Assembly: GCA_028826165.1 (NCBI GenBank)
Contig: JAPDFW010000008.1
Coordinates: 33,859 to 97,858 of the forward strand
Length of the DNA stretch: 64,000 nucleotides
Direction of reading: 5' to 3'
Source: Anaeramoeba ignava BMAN
Lineage: Eukaryota; Protista; Anaeramoebae
Shown here: in pieces, positions 35,476 to 47,020 of the stretch
Numbering within the stretch: the first letter of the stretch is position 1
How the letters are laid out: each line of letters begins with the position of its first letter
The notes under the pieces: model-generated
Database searches by the model: none
What the model was told of the DNA's origin: nothing
Seen by the model: only the letters and a program-made list of their open reading frames with translations
Made by a program: the position numbers and the translations under genes

Positions 35476-38372
35476 TCATTTAAAAGAATTTTGTGGAATA
35501 CTTTGATTCCATTTTGTTTGAGAATCAAGATAATCCAAAGGTAAATTAAATTCATTTTGATTAATATTGGAATTAAAAATATTTTCAATTTCATTTTCAT
35601 CTTCAATTTCATCTTCATCTTCATCTTCATCTTCATCATCTTGAATAGCTTCTGAAAGATCTTGTAAAAGTTTATTCATTTGCTCAGATTTTCCCCAATA
35701 ATTTGAATTCTTATTGATAATATTGCGAGAATAAATCAAAAACTTATTTAAATAATCAACTTCATTCGATAACTTCTCAATATCTCCATTTAATCTTTCA
35801 ATCTTTAATTTTGACTTTTGTTTTGTTCTCTCAATCTTTTTTTCAAGTTCTTTCACTTCAAAACTTGATTCCTTTTTCACTTCTTTTGAATCATTTAATT
35901 CAATAAATTGTTTAAGAATTTGATCGAAATTTTCTAAATCAAAATATTTTTGAGAATTTTGGGAATTTTTCACAAAAAGTTTTAAATCAATCAATTCTTG
36001 CTTTGTTTTCTGAAGAAATTCTTTTACTTGGATTACAAAATTCACAGTTGATAATTTTTCTTTTTGTGAATTTTTGGAATCTTCAAGTTCTTTTTCAATC
36101 TCTTGAATGTATTCGTCTTTGATTTGCTCTTCTTGAGTTGAAAATTCTAAAATTTCTTGATATTTTTGATTGAAATATTCCACTTGATTTTTTAAATAAG
36201 AAATGGTTTTTTGATCTTCTGTTTTGGAACATTGTTGTCCATTCATTTCTGCTTGTTTAATTAGACATTTTGTTGTAATATCATTAACAAAGTTATGCAC
36301 AATCATCTTGCGTGTTTGTTTTTCCATGGAAAAAAGTTGGAAAGGTGATTGATTTGTATTTTCTTGAAAGGAAAGTTGGTTCTGCAATAAAGATATTGTT
36401 TGTTCGTAATCTCGATGTATTTTTTGTATCTTTTCTTCAGAAAGTTTTTGGATATTCTTGACTCGAATCTCATAGTCTTGCTGGTGTTGATTAAGTCTCT
36501 TCTCGTTTTCGATATGAAATTGTTGGATTTGATTTTCATAATCAGAATGAATCCCACTAATTTTTTGCTCCATTTTTTGATTTTCAACTTTTCTTTCTTC
36601 AACCAAACACTGAAAATCAGAGACCCTGGATTCCAAAGCAACAATTTGTGCGCGAGATAACCCTAATTGCTTCTCAAGTGAATTTTTTTCGAGTTTATAT
36701 CTTTCACTTTGAATTTTTGCGTTTTTAATTTGTTCATTTATTTCTAAATGTTTTTCTTCAAGTTTTTTGTACTCATCACATTTCTTCACCAATTCAGCTG
36801 AAGTTTGATCTAGTTCTCCTTGCAATTTCTGATAAGATATTTCTAAACTCAAAACTTGTTGTTGAGAATTATCTTTTTCTTCAATCAAACTTGCAATTTT
36901 GTCTTGAAATTTTTTATATTCAAATTTTAAGTTGGAAAATTTTTCTTGAATTTTTGAAGAGTTTTCATTTTGAAGAGATGAGACTTGTTCCATTTCCAAA
37001 ACTAAGTTTGCGAGTTGTTCAATAATCGAAATCAATCGTTGATTTTCAGAAACTACATTCGCATATTTTTTTTGATAACCATTATTTTCGAAATCCTTTT
37101 GGAGTTTCTTGATCTCTTTTTTGTTTCTTCGATAAATCAACAAGATATCATTCTCAAGATTCTGTATCTTATCGTTTTGCTGATTAACAATCCCATTTAA
37201 TTCTTCAGATCGTTGAACTTCTTGATCTCGTTGTTTCACGAGTTCTTCTTTTTCAGTTTGCTCTTTGGATAGGTTTTCTTGGAGAGATAGGATTGTTGTT
37301 TTCGCATTGAATAACTCTTCTTTAAGTTTCTTAATCTCGTTTTGATCTTGTTGTTTCTGGATTTGATTTTCATTGACAATATTTTCCATGCTTTTTTTGC
37401 TCGTCTCAATTATTTGCAAGTATTTTTCTTCCAATGACTTCTTTTCGGTTTGTGTTTCCTCGACAATCTGTTTGTTAATCAATTTCGTCTCTTCAACTTC
37501 TTTGCGAAGATTGTATTTCTCTTTTTCATGATCCTTAATTTGCTCAGATAGTTTTGATTGGATATTTTTATGTTTTGAAATTTTTTGTTGTAAATTTTTC
37601 AAGTCTTCTCTCAAAATTTCATTGGAAATTGTTAATGTTTCGATCCTTTTCAATAATTCAGATTGGGATTGAATATTTTTTTGAGAAGATTCATCAATAT
37701 TAATTTGGAATTCATCCTAATTTTTTTTTTAAATAATTAGAATAAAAAAAAAGTGGAACAAAAAATTTTTTGTATATTTTTTACCTTTTCTTCTGTTATA
37801 TTTTCCAAATTAAACATTTCCAAATCTTTTTTACTGTTTATTTGAGTAATATTTGAATTTGAATTATTTTTGGATTGATTTTGTATTTCAAAATTTTGAA
37901 CAATATTATTAATTGATTTATCAATAACTGATGTGATTGTTTGATGTGAAATTTGAGAAATAAATTCAGATTGATAAGCAGTTATGATCTTTGTAAAATG
38001 AGAGAAATCTTTTTGTTGTTTTCTTTTATCAAATTCAAGTGTTAAAATTTTATTTTCCAATTTTCTTTTTTCAATTAAAATGGAATCATTTTGTTTTTGA
38101 GATTCAAATGAATTTTTTCTTAATTGCTGATTTTCATTTTGAAGTTTTTTTAATAATTGGAAATTTTGTTTGAATTGTTCAAGTTGAGTTTTAAATTTGG
38201 TTTTCCATTCATTTACTTTTTGAGTTTCTTCTTGATATCTTTTCGTTAAATTTTCAATTTGTTGATTCTTTTATTTAAAATCAAAATTAAAAAATTAAAA
38301 TTAAAAAAATTAAAAAATTTAACAATAAAAAATTTAAACCTGAAGTTCAAAAAGTTCGTTTGAATAACTCAT
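35476..38372 (-). CDS. Long coiled-coil protein, about 918 aa. Exons 38372-38340, 38267-37785, 37716-35476
   Basis: MSYSNELFELQ|NQQIENLTKRY...ITEEK|DEFQINID. E/K/Q/L-rich heptad character. Phase-0 GT-AG introns. Family not recognised. Confidence 0.8.
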
Positions 38373-38505
38373 TTATTATTTATTTAATTATAATTATTAT
38401 TATTGTTATTTAAGAAAAAAGAAAAAAAAAAATGAGAAAAAGAAAAAGATTATTTTAATTTTTAATTTAAAATTTAAAATAAAAAAATTTTTTAAATTAA
38501 ATTCT

Positions 38506-38531
38506 TTAACGGTTAAAGCAATAACCGTTAA
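38506..38531. promoter_or_regulatory. Perfect inverted repeat TTAACGGTTA-N6-TAACCGTTAA; paired Myb/MSA-like YAACGG sites
   Basis: 10-bp arms seen directly, about 135 bp upstream of the coiled-coil gene ATG. Function is inferred. Confidence 0.5.
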
Positions 38532-38563
38532 TTTAATTTTTTATTTTTTATTTTTAATTTTTA

Positions 38564-39235
38564 TTATTTTAAATTTGTTTCAATCATTTCAATCATTTTT
38601 TTTTCAAATTCTCCTAATTTTTGATAAAATAAATTCATTGAATCTTCAATTAATTTTTCTTCTTGATTTTTTAAAGAATCCAAATTTTCATTTAAAATGG
38701 AAAAAAAATAATTCAAATAAGTTTCATAAAATTTAATCATTTCAGAAGAGATTGGATTTAAAATATCATTTTGAACTTTATTCCAAACTTGTTTATAAAC
38801 TTCAGTTTCAATTTTTTGAATTTCATTAGAATTTGGATTTAATTTTTGTGAAGCTTTTTCAAAAATTAAATTAGAATTTAAATTAGAATCATTTATTTTA
38901 ATCATTTCATTTTCATAAATTTTGAAATTTGATTCAATATTTTTGGAAATTGTTTGATCTATAAATTCCTTTAATTCTGTTTCAAAATTATCAATAATTT
39001 TTGAAGTTTGATTTGATTCTTGATTTCGTATTTGAATTTCTTGTAAAACTTTCTCTTTTTGAATTTGATTTGGATTTGAAAATGTTTTTGTAATTAAATT
39101 TCTTAATTCTTCCGTTTGTTTTTTGGAATCATTTTCAATTTCATTTCCAATAATTCCAAAATCTTGATTGATTTTTGGTTTTTTTTGTAATTTTGGTCGA
39201 CGATTTCTTTTATTTTCTTGTTGTTTAAATAACAT
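38564..39235 (-). CDS. Hypothetical helical protein, 223 aa
   Basis: Intronless ORF with AAAATG start context, upstream TTCATTTTT motif and typical codon usage. No recognisable domain. Confidence 0.7.
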   Translation of the reverse strand: MLFKQQENKRNRRPKLQKKPKINQDFGIIGNEIENDSKKQTEELRNLITKTFSNPNQIQKEKVLQEIQIRNQESNQTSKIIDNFETELKEFIDQTISKNIESNFKIYENEMIKINDSNLNSNLIFEKASQKLNPNSNEIQKIETEVYKQVWNKVQNDILNPISSEMIKFYETYLNYFFSILNENLDSLKNQEEKLIEDSMNLFYQKLGEFEKKMIEMIETNLK

Positions 39236-39318
39236 TTTGTTTTTTTTTTAAAAAAAGAAAAAAGGAAAAAAATGAATTTTTTAATTTATTTTTTTTTTTA
39301 ATTTTAATAATAATAATA

Positions 39319-42201
39319 ATGAGTAATCCAGAAAAAGATAATAAAAATACTCTTTTACATCTTGCTTGTCAAAATCAAGACTCTATTGATGTTATCAAAT
39401 ATTTAATTGAAAAAGGAACAGATATTAATGCCAAAAACAATGAAAATGCAACTCCTTTACATTTTGCTTGTCAATTTCAAAATTCATTTGAAACTATTAA
39501 ATATTTAATTGAAAAAGGAGCAGATGTTAATGTTCAGACAAATTATTCTGCAACTCCTTTACATTTTGCTTGTCAATTTCAAAATTCATTTGAAACTATT
39601 AAATTGTTAATTGAAAAAGGAGCAGATGTCAATGCCAAAACAAACCATTATTTTGCAACCCCTTTTCATACTGCTTGTCAATTTCAAACATTTGAAACTA
39701 TTAAATTGTTAATTGGAAATGGAGCAGATGTCAATGCCAAAACAAGTGAAAATCAAACACCTTTTCATATTGCTTGTCAATTTCAAACTTCATTTGAAAC
39801 TATTAAATTGTTAATTGAAAAAGGAGCAGATATCAATGTCAAAACAAACGATAATCAAACACCTTTACATTTGGTTTGCCAATTTCAAAATTCATTTGAA
39901 ACTATTAAATTGTTAATTGAAAAAGGAGCAGATGTCAATGCCAAAACAAAGGATAATCAAACACCTTTACATTTGGTTTGTCAATTTCAAAAAGAAAATT
40001 TATTGGAAATTGTCAAATTACTTATAGAAAAAGGAGCAAATCCCGATATTCAAAACAAAATGTCTCAAACACCTTTAATTTATGTTTGCCAAAATCAAAA
40101 CAAAAATTCAATAGAAGTTGTGAAATATTTAGTTGAAAATGATGTGTATGTCAACATAAAAGCCATTGATACTCAAACACCTTTGCATTTTGTTTGTAAA
40201 TATAATCACAAACAAATATTTGAAGTGATTAAGTTAATGATTCAAAAAGGTGCAGATCCCAATACTAAAACGAAATACAGCCTCGTAACTCCCTTTCATA
40301 TTGCTTGTCAATATCAAACATCATTTGAAATTATTAATTTTTTGATTGATAATGGAGCAGATGTCAATGCCAAAACAAAAAAGAACGAAACTCCTTTACA
40401 TTTTGCTTGTCAAATTCATGCTTCAATTGAAATTATTAAATTGCTAATTGAAAAAGGAGCAGATGCCAATGCCAAAACAAATTTCAACGAAACGCCATTA
40501 GATTTTGTTTGCAATTTACAAAAACCAAATTTAATTGATATCATGGAAATTCTCATTAACAACGGAGCAAATCCTAATACTCAAACAACAACTAATTCAA
40601 CACCCTTATATTTTATTTGCCAATCCCAATATAAAGACACAGTCAAAAACATGCAATATTTACTTGAAAGAGGAGCTCTTCTTACACACTCAAGAAAATC
40701 CAAACAATCACTACTTCATTTTGCTTGTCAACAACAAAACTCAGAATATACTATTAAGTTTCTAATTGAAAAAGGCATGAGTCCTGATTTAAAAGATTCT
40801 AAAAAAACAACGCCATTACATCTGGCATGTCAATATCAAAATTCGATTGAAATTATTAAATATTTAATTGAGAATGGAGCAAATCCAAACCAGAAAAACG
40901 ATGACTTCGAACTACCTTTGCATTTTGCCTGCAAAATATACAATAAAAACTCAACCGAAATTATCAAGTATTTAATTGAATTAGGATCTGATGTGAATTC
41001 AAAGGCAGTCAAAAATTACACACCTTTGCATTATATTTGTCAACAAAAAAAAGCAAATTTTGAAACAATCAAGTTCCTCGTTGAAAATGGAGCCGATATT
41101 AATGCCGAAATTGGATATTATAAACAAACCCCTCTTCATTTATCTTGTAAACACCAAAACTCAATTCAAATTATCCGATATTTGATTGAGAAAGGAGCAA
41201 ATATAGATGCAAAAACACATTCACAAGAAACACCTTTATTGTTGGCAATCCTAGAAAACAACCAAAATGCAGCCAAAGTATTGCTAATGAATGATGCAGA
41301 AGTTATTGGTTTGAATAAGAAAATGTTCACACAAGAATTACTTGATTTGTACACACAAATTTACTCATTGAATCAAGATATGAATCAATTACTCAATTCA
41401 AACGAAAATTTTTCAGATTTCGAAATTGTATGCAGTGATTTCGAAAAATTTCATCTTCATAAATTGATTCTCTTAAAAAGATTTGATAACAACGAATCCA
41501 CACTAGAAAAATTTGTCAAACTTTGCCAACAAAAACCAAAACACATTGTTCAATTAATTGTTAATTTTATTTATACAGGTTTTGCCTCTTTTGATCAATC
41601 GATCCAAAAATTGCAAAAATTAGTTAATTGCAATAAAGAGATAGATGAATGTCATCGTCTATTTTCCCAAATGAAAATTTCTTGGGATGAAATAAACAAA
41701 AAAGAAGCAGAATTTATATCATTGCAAAAGGAACAAAACAAAGAACAACTGGAAATAAATTCCTTATTAGAAGACTTTTTCAACGAAATTGGATTTGATT
41801 CAAAGTGGATTAACTCGAAAAAAGGAAGAAGAGGAATTACCAAAGATTTCCATCAATTATTCCAAGATGATTCTTCAAAAGATTTTGCAATCATTTGTGA
41901 AAATGATCAAGAAATTAAAGCTCATAAATTAATATTAATAATAAGAAGTGAATTGTTTAAAGGAATGTTTTTAAATGTTCAAGATTCTTCAAATCAAGTT
42001 CATGATTATTCAGGAAAATCATTTCAAACAATTCAACAATTAATCTATTTCTTTTATCATGATGAAATTGATGAAACAAAAGAAATTACAACTGAAATTG
42101 CTCAAGAAATTGAAGAATCTCAATATTATTATCAATTAAATCCAAATTCCATCTTAAAAATTATTCTTCAATTCGTTACTAATTCTATTTTAAGAAAATA
42201 A
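39319..42201 (+). CDS. Ankyrin-repeat (about 19 repeats) plus tandem BTB protein, 960 aa, intronless
   Basis: Repeated TPLHFACQ...LIEKGADVNAKT, then FSDFEIVC..FHLHKLIL and KDFAIICENDQEIKAHKLILIIRSELFKGMF. Confidence 0.95.
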   Translation: MSNPEKDNKNTLLHLACQNQDSIDVIKYLIEKGTDINAKNNENATPLHFACQFQNSFETIKYLIEKGADVNVQTNYSATPLHFACQFQNSFETIKLLIEKGADVNAKTNHYFATPFHTACQFQTFETIKLLIGNGADVNAKTSENQTPFHIACQFQTSFETIKLLIEKGADINVKTNDNQTPLHLVCQFQNSFETIKLLIEKGADVNAKTKDNQTPLHLVCQFQKENLLEIVKLLIEKGANPDIQNKMSQTPLIYVCQNQNKNSIEVVKYLVENDVYVNIKAIDTQTPLHFVCKYNHKQIFEVIKLMIQKGADPNTKTKYSLVTPFHIACQYQTSFEIINFLIDNGADVNAKTKKNETPLHFACQIHASIEIIKLLIEKGADANAKTNFNETPLDFVCNLQKPNLIDIMEILINNGANPNTQTTTNSTPLYFICQSQYKDTVKNMQYLLERGALLTHSRKSKQSLLHFACQQQNSEYTIKFLIEKGMSPDLKDSKKTTPLHLACQYQNSIEIIKYLIENGANPNQKNDDFELPLHFACKIYNKNSTEIIKYLIELGSDVNSKAVKNYTPLHYICQQKKANFETIKFLVENGADINAEIGYYKQTPLHLSCKHQNSIQIIRYLIEKGANIDAKTHSQETPLLLAILENNQNAAKVLLMNDAEVIGLNKKMFTQELLDLYTQIYSLNQDMNQLLNSNENFSDFEIVCSDFEKFHLHKLILLKRFDNNESTLEKFVKLCQQKPKHIVQLIVNFIYTGFASFDQSIQKLQKLVNCNKEIDECHRLFSQMKISWDEINKKEAEFISLQKEQNKEQLEINSLLEDFFNEIGFDSKWINSKKGRRGITKDFHQLFQDDSSKDFAIICENDQEIKAHKLILIIRSELFKGMFLNVQDSSNQVHDYSGKSFQTIQQLIYFFYHDEIDETKEITTEIAQEIEESQYYYQLNPNSILKIILQFVTNSILRK

Positions 42202-42345
42202 CAAATTATTTTTTTTTTTCATTTCAAATTAAAATCAAAATTTAAATTTAAATTTCTTGAAATGAATTTTTCTCTTTAATTAAGTTCTAAATTTTTTGAA
42301 ATGAATTTTGTTTTTTTGTTGTTTTTGTTTGTTAAAATAATTTTT

Positions 42346-45133
42346 TCATTTTAATCCAATTCTAATCGGTAAAGCTCTTATTAAATTAAATCTAATGACT
42401 TGTAATTGGTCTTTTGAAATATATTGAGTATATTCATTTGCTTGATGAGAACTTGTAATTTCTTTTACTTTTGTAAGAAAAAACATAATTGAATCATGAT
42501 TAAATATTGAATTTTTTTGAAATTGTTCTTGTTCAATTTTCTTTTCTTCTTCTTCCATAATAACAATAGCATCCCAAATAAGAGTTAACCAAAACATTTT
42601 TGGAGCAATTTCCTTTTTCATAATCTCTAAAATTAAGCGACCAGCTTTATCCATTTGATTTTCCTTTAAATTTTTAAATTTTAAAATTTTTTGAATTTTT
42701 TAATTTAAATTTTTCAAATTTTTCAAATGGAATTTTAATTTACTTGAAAATATTCACAAAGTTCTTTATAATGTTTCAGAAATAATACTTTCTTTGAAGT
42801 TTGATTTTGTTTATCAGATTCTAATGATTCAATGACTAATTGAATTTGATATAAGGGAATTTCTTCAGAAACAATTTTCTTAAAAAATCTATTTATGCCA
42901 CTGTTTACTATTTCTATTTTTTCTGCTTCGAGAAGAGCATTAATTCCAGATGGGAATTTATGACTACTAAATGATTTCATTCCATAAATTTGGCATATTG
43001 TTTTATATTCCAAATCGAGTTGATTATTTTGGCAAATATTGAGCAATTTTTTATAAATAAATTCATCATCAATATTTTGTCTTTGAACAATTTCAGAAAG
43101 AAGCATTTTCCCCATTTTCTGACAAGAAATAAGATAATCCACTAGAATTGGCATTCTTGAAGGATTTGATAATAGAGTTTGACAAAATTCAAGAACAAAA
43201 AACTCTCTAATATCAGTTCCCAGTGTTGGAAGAACATCCTTTTGAATTGAATCAATATGGAATAATAAATCTGATAAATGAGCACTCAACCATGTATTTC
43301 CAATTTGGGAATATATTCTAAGAAGTGCTCTACTTGTATTCAAACTTAAAATATCGAGATAGATTTGATCCAAATCATTTATTCTTTCTTTCTTTTCTTT
43401 TTCTGTAAAGCATTCTTTTGCTTTTGATCCAAATGATTGAATTTCCAAATTTGGATAAATAAATAATAATTTTGAAGCAAATCTTTCAATCCATGAATCT
43501 GTTCTTTGATTAATTTCATTTTCATCTCCAAGCAATATTTTGTAAATTGCTGATAAATTTGGATTTTGTTTGATTTCTTCATTTGAGTTATAAATTTTAT
43601 CACATTTTTTCCTCCAATTTTGGAATTGTTTACGATATATTGTTAAATGAGTTTGATATTTTAATTCTGGAAATTCTTGTAAAATTTTTTGTGTGTTTTG
43701 GATTGTTTGATTTGGAGGAAATTTTGCGAGTAAATTAATTGCATTTTCGAATTTTCCGTGAATAATAGATCTGCAAATTTTATTCCATTTTATTGATTCT
43801 GTATCGATCTTTTTAAATTTTAATTTTTATAAATGAATTTTAATTTTAATTTTAAATTTATAAATGAATTTTGAATTTATTTTTATTTACTGATTCAATT
43901 TCAAGTTGATCTGTAAAATTTAATTGGAACCATCTAACAAAAGAAAAAGAAGGATATTTTGAATGAAGAAGAAAGAAATTTTCACAAAGATGAAAAACTC
44001 TTTCCATAATATCAACTAATTTTGCTTCAGATTCAATTTCATCTTTAAATGCTTTTGGATTAACACTATTAGCAAGATCTAAATTAAGTTGAAAATCTTC
44101 ATTTGATTCATCAAGTTGTTTGATTAAATTTTGTTTCAAATTTTGAAGAGCAATTCTATAACCTTGACTTGCTTCAAGAGTATCTGTATTTGATAATTGA
44201 TTTTGTTTCATTTGAAGTTTAACAAAAATTGAATGTGTTTGACTTAAAAACTATTTATAAGGGAAATGATTTTAATTTTAATTTTAATTTTAATTTTAAT
44301 TTATAAATGAATTTTAATTTTAATTTATAAATGTATTTTAATTTTAATTTATAAATGTATTTTAATTTATAAATGAATTTTAATTTTATAAATGTATTTA
44401 AATTTATAAATGTATTTTAATTTTAATTTTAATTTTAATTTTAATTTATAAATGAATTTTAATTTTAATTTATAAATGTATTTAAATTTATAAATGAATT
44501 TGAATTTTAATTTTAATTTTAATCTATAAATGAATTTTAATTTATAAATGTATTTTAATTTTAATTTATAAATGTATTTTAATTTTAATTTTAATTTATA
44601 AATGAATTTAAATTTATAAATGAATTTGAATTTTAATTTTAATTTATAAATGAATTTTAATTTATAAATGAATTTTAATTTTAATTTTAATTTTAATTTT
44701 AATTTATAAATGTATTTTAATTTAAATTTTAATTTTAATTTATAAATGAATTTTAAATTTATAAATGAATTTTAATTTATAAATGAATTTTAATTTATTT
44801 TAATTTTAATTTATAAATGAATTTTAATTTATAAATGAATTTTAATTTTAATTTATAAATGAATTTTAATTGAATTTTAATTGAATTTTGATTCACTTTT
44901 GATATTGATTCATTATTTGTTGTATCCCATGATAAAATATAAATATTATTTTCTTGTGAATTAATTTCTTTTCTTTGTTTTTTTGGACAATAAAAAGCAG
45001 AAGTTGATCCACCAAAAAGAAATAATTCATTTCCAATTCCCCAACAAAAATTAAGATTTTGAGAATGAATTTTTGGAATTATTTCTGTTGCAAATTGTTT
45101 CTGTTTTTTTTCTTGATTGTTTTCAATTTGCAT
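42346..45133 (-). CDS. NUP85: Nucleoporin Nup85, about 659 aa. Exons 45133-44897, 44250-43891, 43808-42744, 42663-42346
   Basis: LNFCWGIGNEL, VFHLCENFF, WLSAHLSDLL, IREFFVLEFCQTL, VDYLISC, IAPKMFWLTLIWDAI, IRFNLIRAL. Length matches Nup85. Confidence 0.85.
44265..44890. repeat. (AATTTT)n/(ATAAATGAATTT) satellite in Nup85 intron 1
   Basis: Seen directly. Confidence 0.9.
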
Positions 45134-45356
45134 TAAATATTAAAATATTTTTGTTTTGAATGAAAAAAAATGAAAAATTAAAAATTAAAAAAAAATAATT
45201 TTTTTCTTTTTTTTTTGAAATTTTGGTTTGTTTATTTTCTTTCATTTATTAGATTAATATTTGAATAGTATATTATCATTAATTTTGTTTATATATATTT
45301 CTGCATTTGATTCTATGTCTTATTTTTGTTATTTCTATTTATTTTCAAAGAAAAAA

Positions 45357-46829
45357 TCATTTCAAAAACGGAATAAATGAAACTTCTCCAATAAAAGAAC
45401 GTAAAACTTCTGGGACTACAATTCCTTTTTCAGTCGCATAATTCTCAATGATACAACAAACACAGTTCTGTATTGCGACCAAAGTACCATTTAGCATATG
45501 CACATATTGTTTTTTTTTACGTTTTGATTTTCCAAATTTAATTGAAAGTTTTCTGGAATAAAAATCTTTATAATTTGAACAATATCCAAGTTTTTTATAT
45601 TGACCAAATGATGGGAACCAACATTCTAAATCATATCTCTTGCTTGATGCTTGATCTAACTGTCCTGAACAAACTAATACTACTTGATATGGAATTTTCA
45701 AAAGTTGATAAAATTCTTCTAAATTTGAAATTATTTCTTGTTGAAATTTTTCTGACAAATTTGAATAAGGAGAAACAATTAAGAATTGTTCAATTTGTTC
45801 AAATTGTTCTACTTGCAAAATTTCTTTTTCTTTTTTTGGAAAACAAGTTGAAAATCCTGCATATCTTTTTTAAGAAATAAAATTTGGATTTTTTTTTTGG
45901 ATTTTTTTTGATTGAATAAAATAAAGAAAATGGAAATGATTTTAATATTTTTTAGATAAGAAATACTTTAAGGGTAAATTTTCTGGAATAAGTTTTTCTT
46001 TTTGATGATAAACAATTAATGGTTGTTCTGGTGAATTAATTAGAAATTTTTCTTGTAAATCATCTTGAAAATTTCCTGAAATCTTTCAAAATAATTTTAA
46101 TTTGATTTTGATTTTAATTTTAATTTTAATTTTAATTTTGATTTTGATTTGAAATACATGATATAATGAATTTTCATAATCTTCATTTCCTGATATTTTT
46201 TCTATTAATTTTTTTTTGATAAAACAAGGTGTTTGAATTAAAGAATATCCTTTTTTCATTAAAAATTGTAATGAAAAATTTATTAAGGCTTGACTTAATA
46301 AAAAAGGAAATCCTTTTAAAAAATATCCACTTTTTCCAGAAATAATATTTGCTTTTTCTTGATTAAATCCATTATCAATTTGTAATAAAAGTTGAGAAAA
46401 ATTTTTTTGATTTTCTTGAATTTTTGGAATTTCTCCCCAAATCTTAATAATTTTATTAGAATCGGAATATTTTCCAAAAGGAACATCTTCATCCACAATA
46501 TTTCCAACTTTTCTTAATAAATTATCTAATTTTTCTTTTAATTCTTTCGCTTTTTTTTCTGCTTCAATTTTTTTTGGAATCAATAAATTAATTTCTTGAA
46601 TTTGATCTTGAAAATCTTCTTTATTCTTTTTTTTAGATGAAATTAATAAACTAAGATATTTTTGAGTTGAAATAAGTTGTTCCATTTCAAATTGAGATTT
46701 TCTCCAATTTTCATCTGCTTCAATTATTAAATCAATAATTGTTTCATTTTCAAACCTTTTTTTAATTGAATTTTTGATAATTGAAAGATTTCTTCGATTT
46801 TCTTTTCTAAATAAATTAATATCAATCAT
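45357..46829 (-). CDS. Cytosolic-type seryl-tRNA synthetase paralogue with a degenerate active site. Exons 46829-46158, 46082-45967, 45864-45357
   Basis: MIDINLFRKE, VGNIVDEDVP, ISGKSGYFLKG, ALINFSLQFL, PEQPL, LPLKYAGFSTCF, YDLECWFPS, VHMLNGTL, IENYATEKGIVVPEVLR. Motif 2 and motif 3 arginines are absent. Confidence 0.9.
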
Positions 46830-47020
46830 TAAAAATAAATTTAAATTTAAATAAAAGAAAAAAATGATTTTGAAAAAAAGAAGAAAATTTGATTTATTTT
46901 TGTTAAACAATTTTGTTTTTTTTTTTGTAAAAAAGAATGTTAAAAATGAATTTCATTCCAAAAAAAAAATTTGGATTTAAAAAAAAAAAACAAAAAAAAG
47001 TTGAATTTTTTAATAATTGA

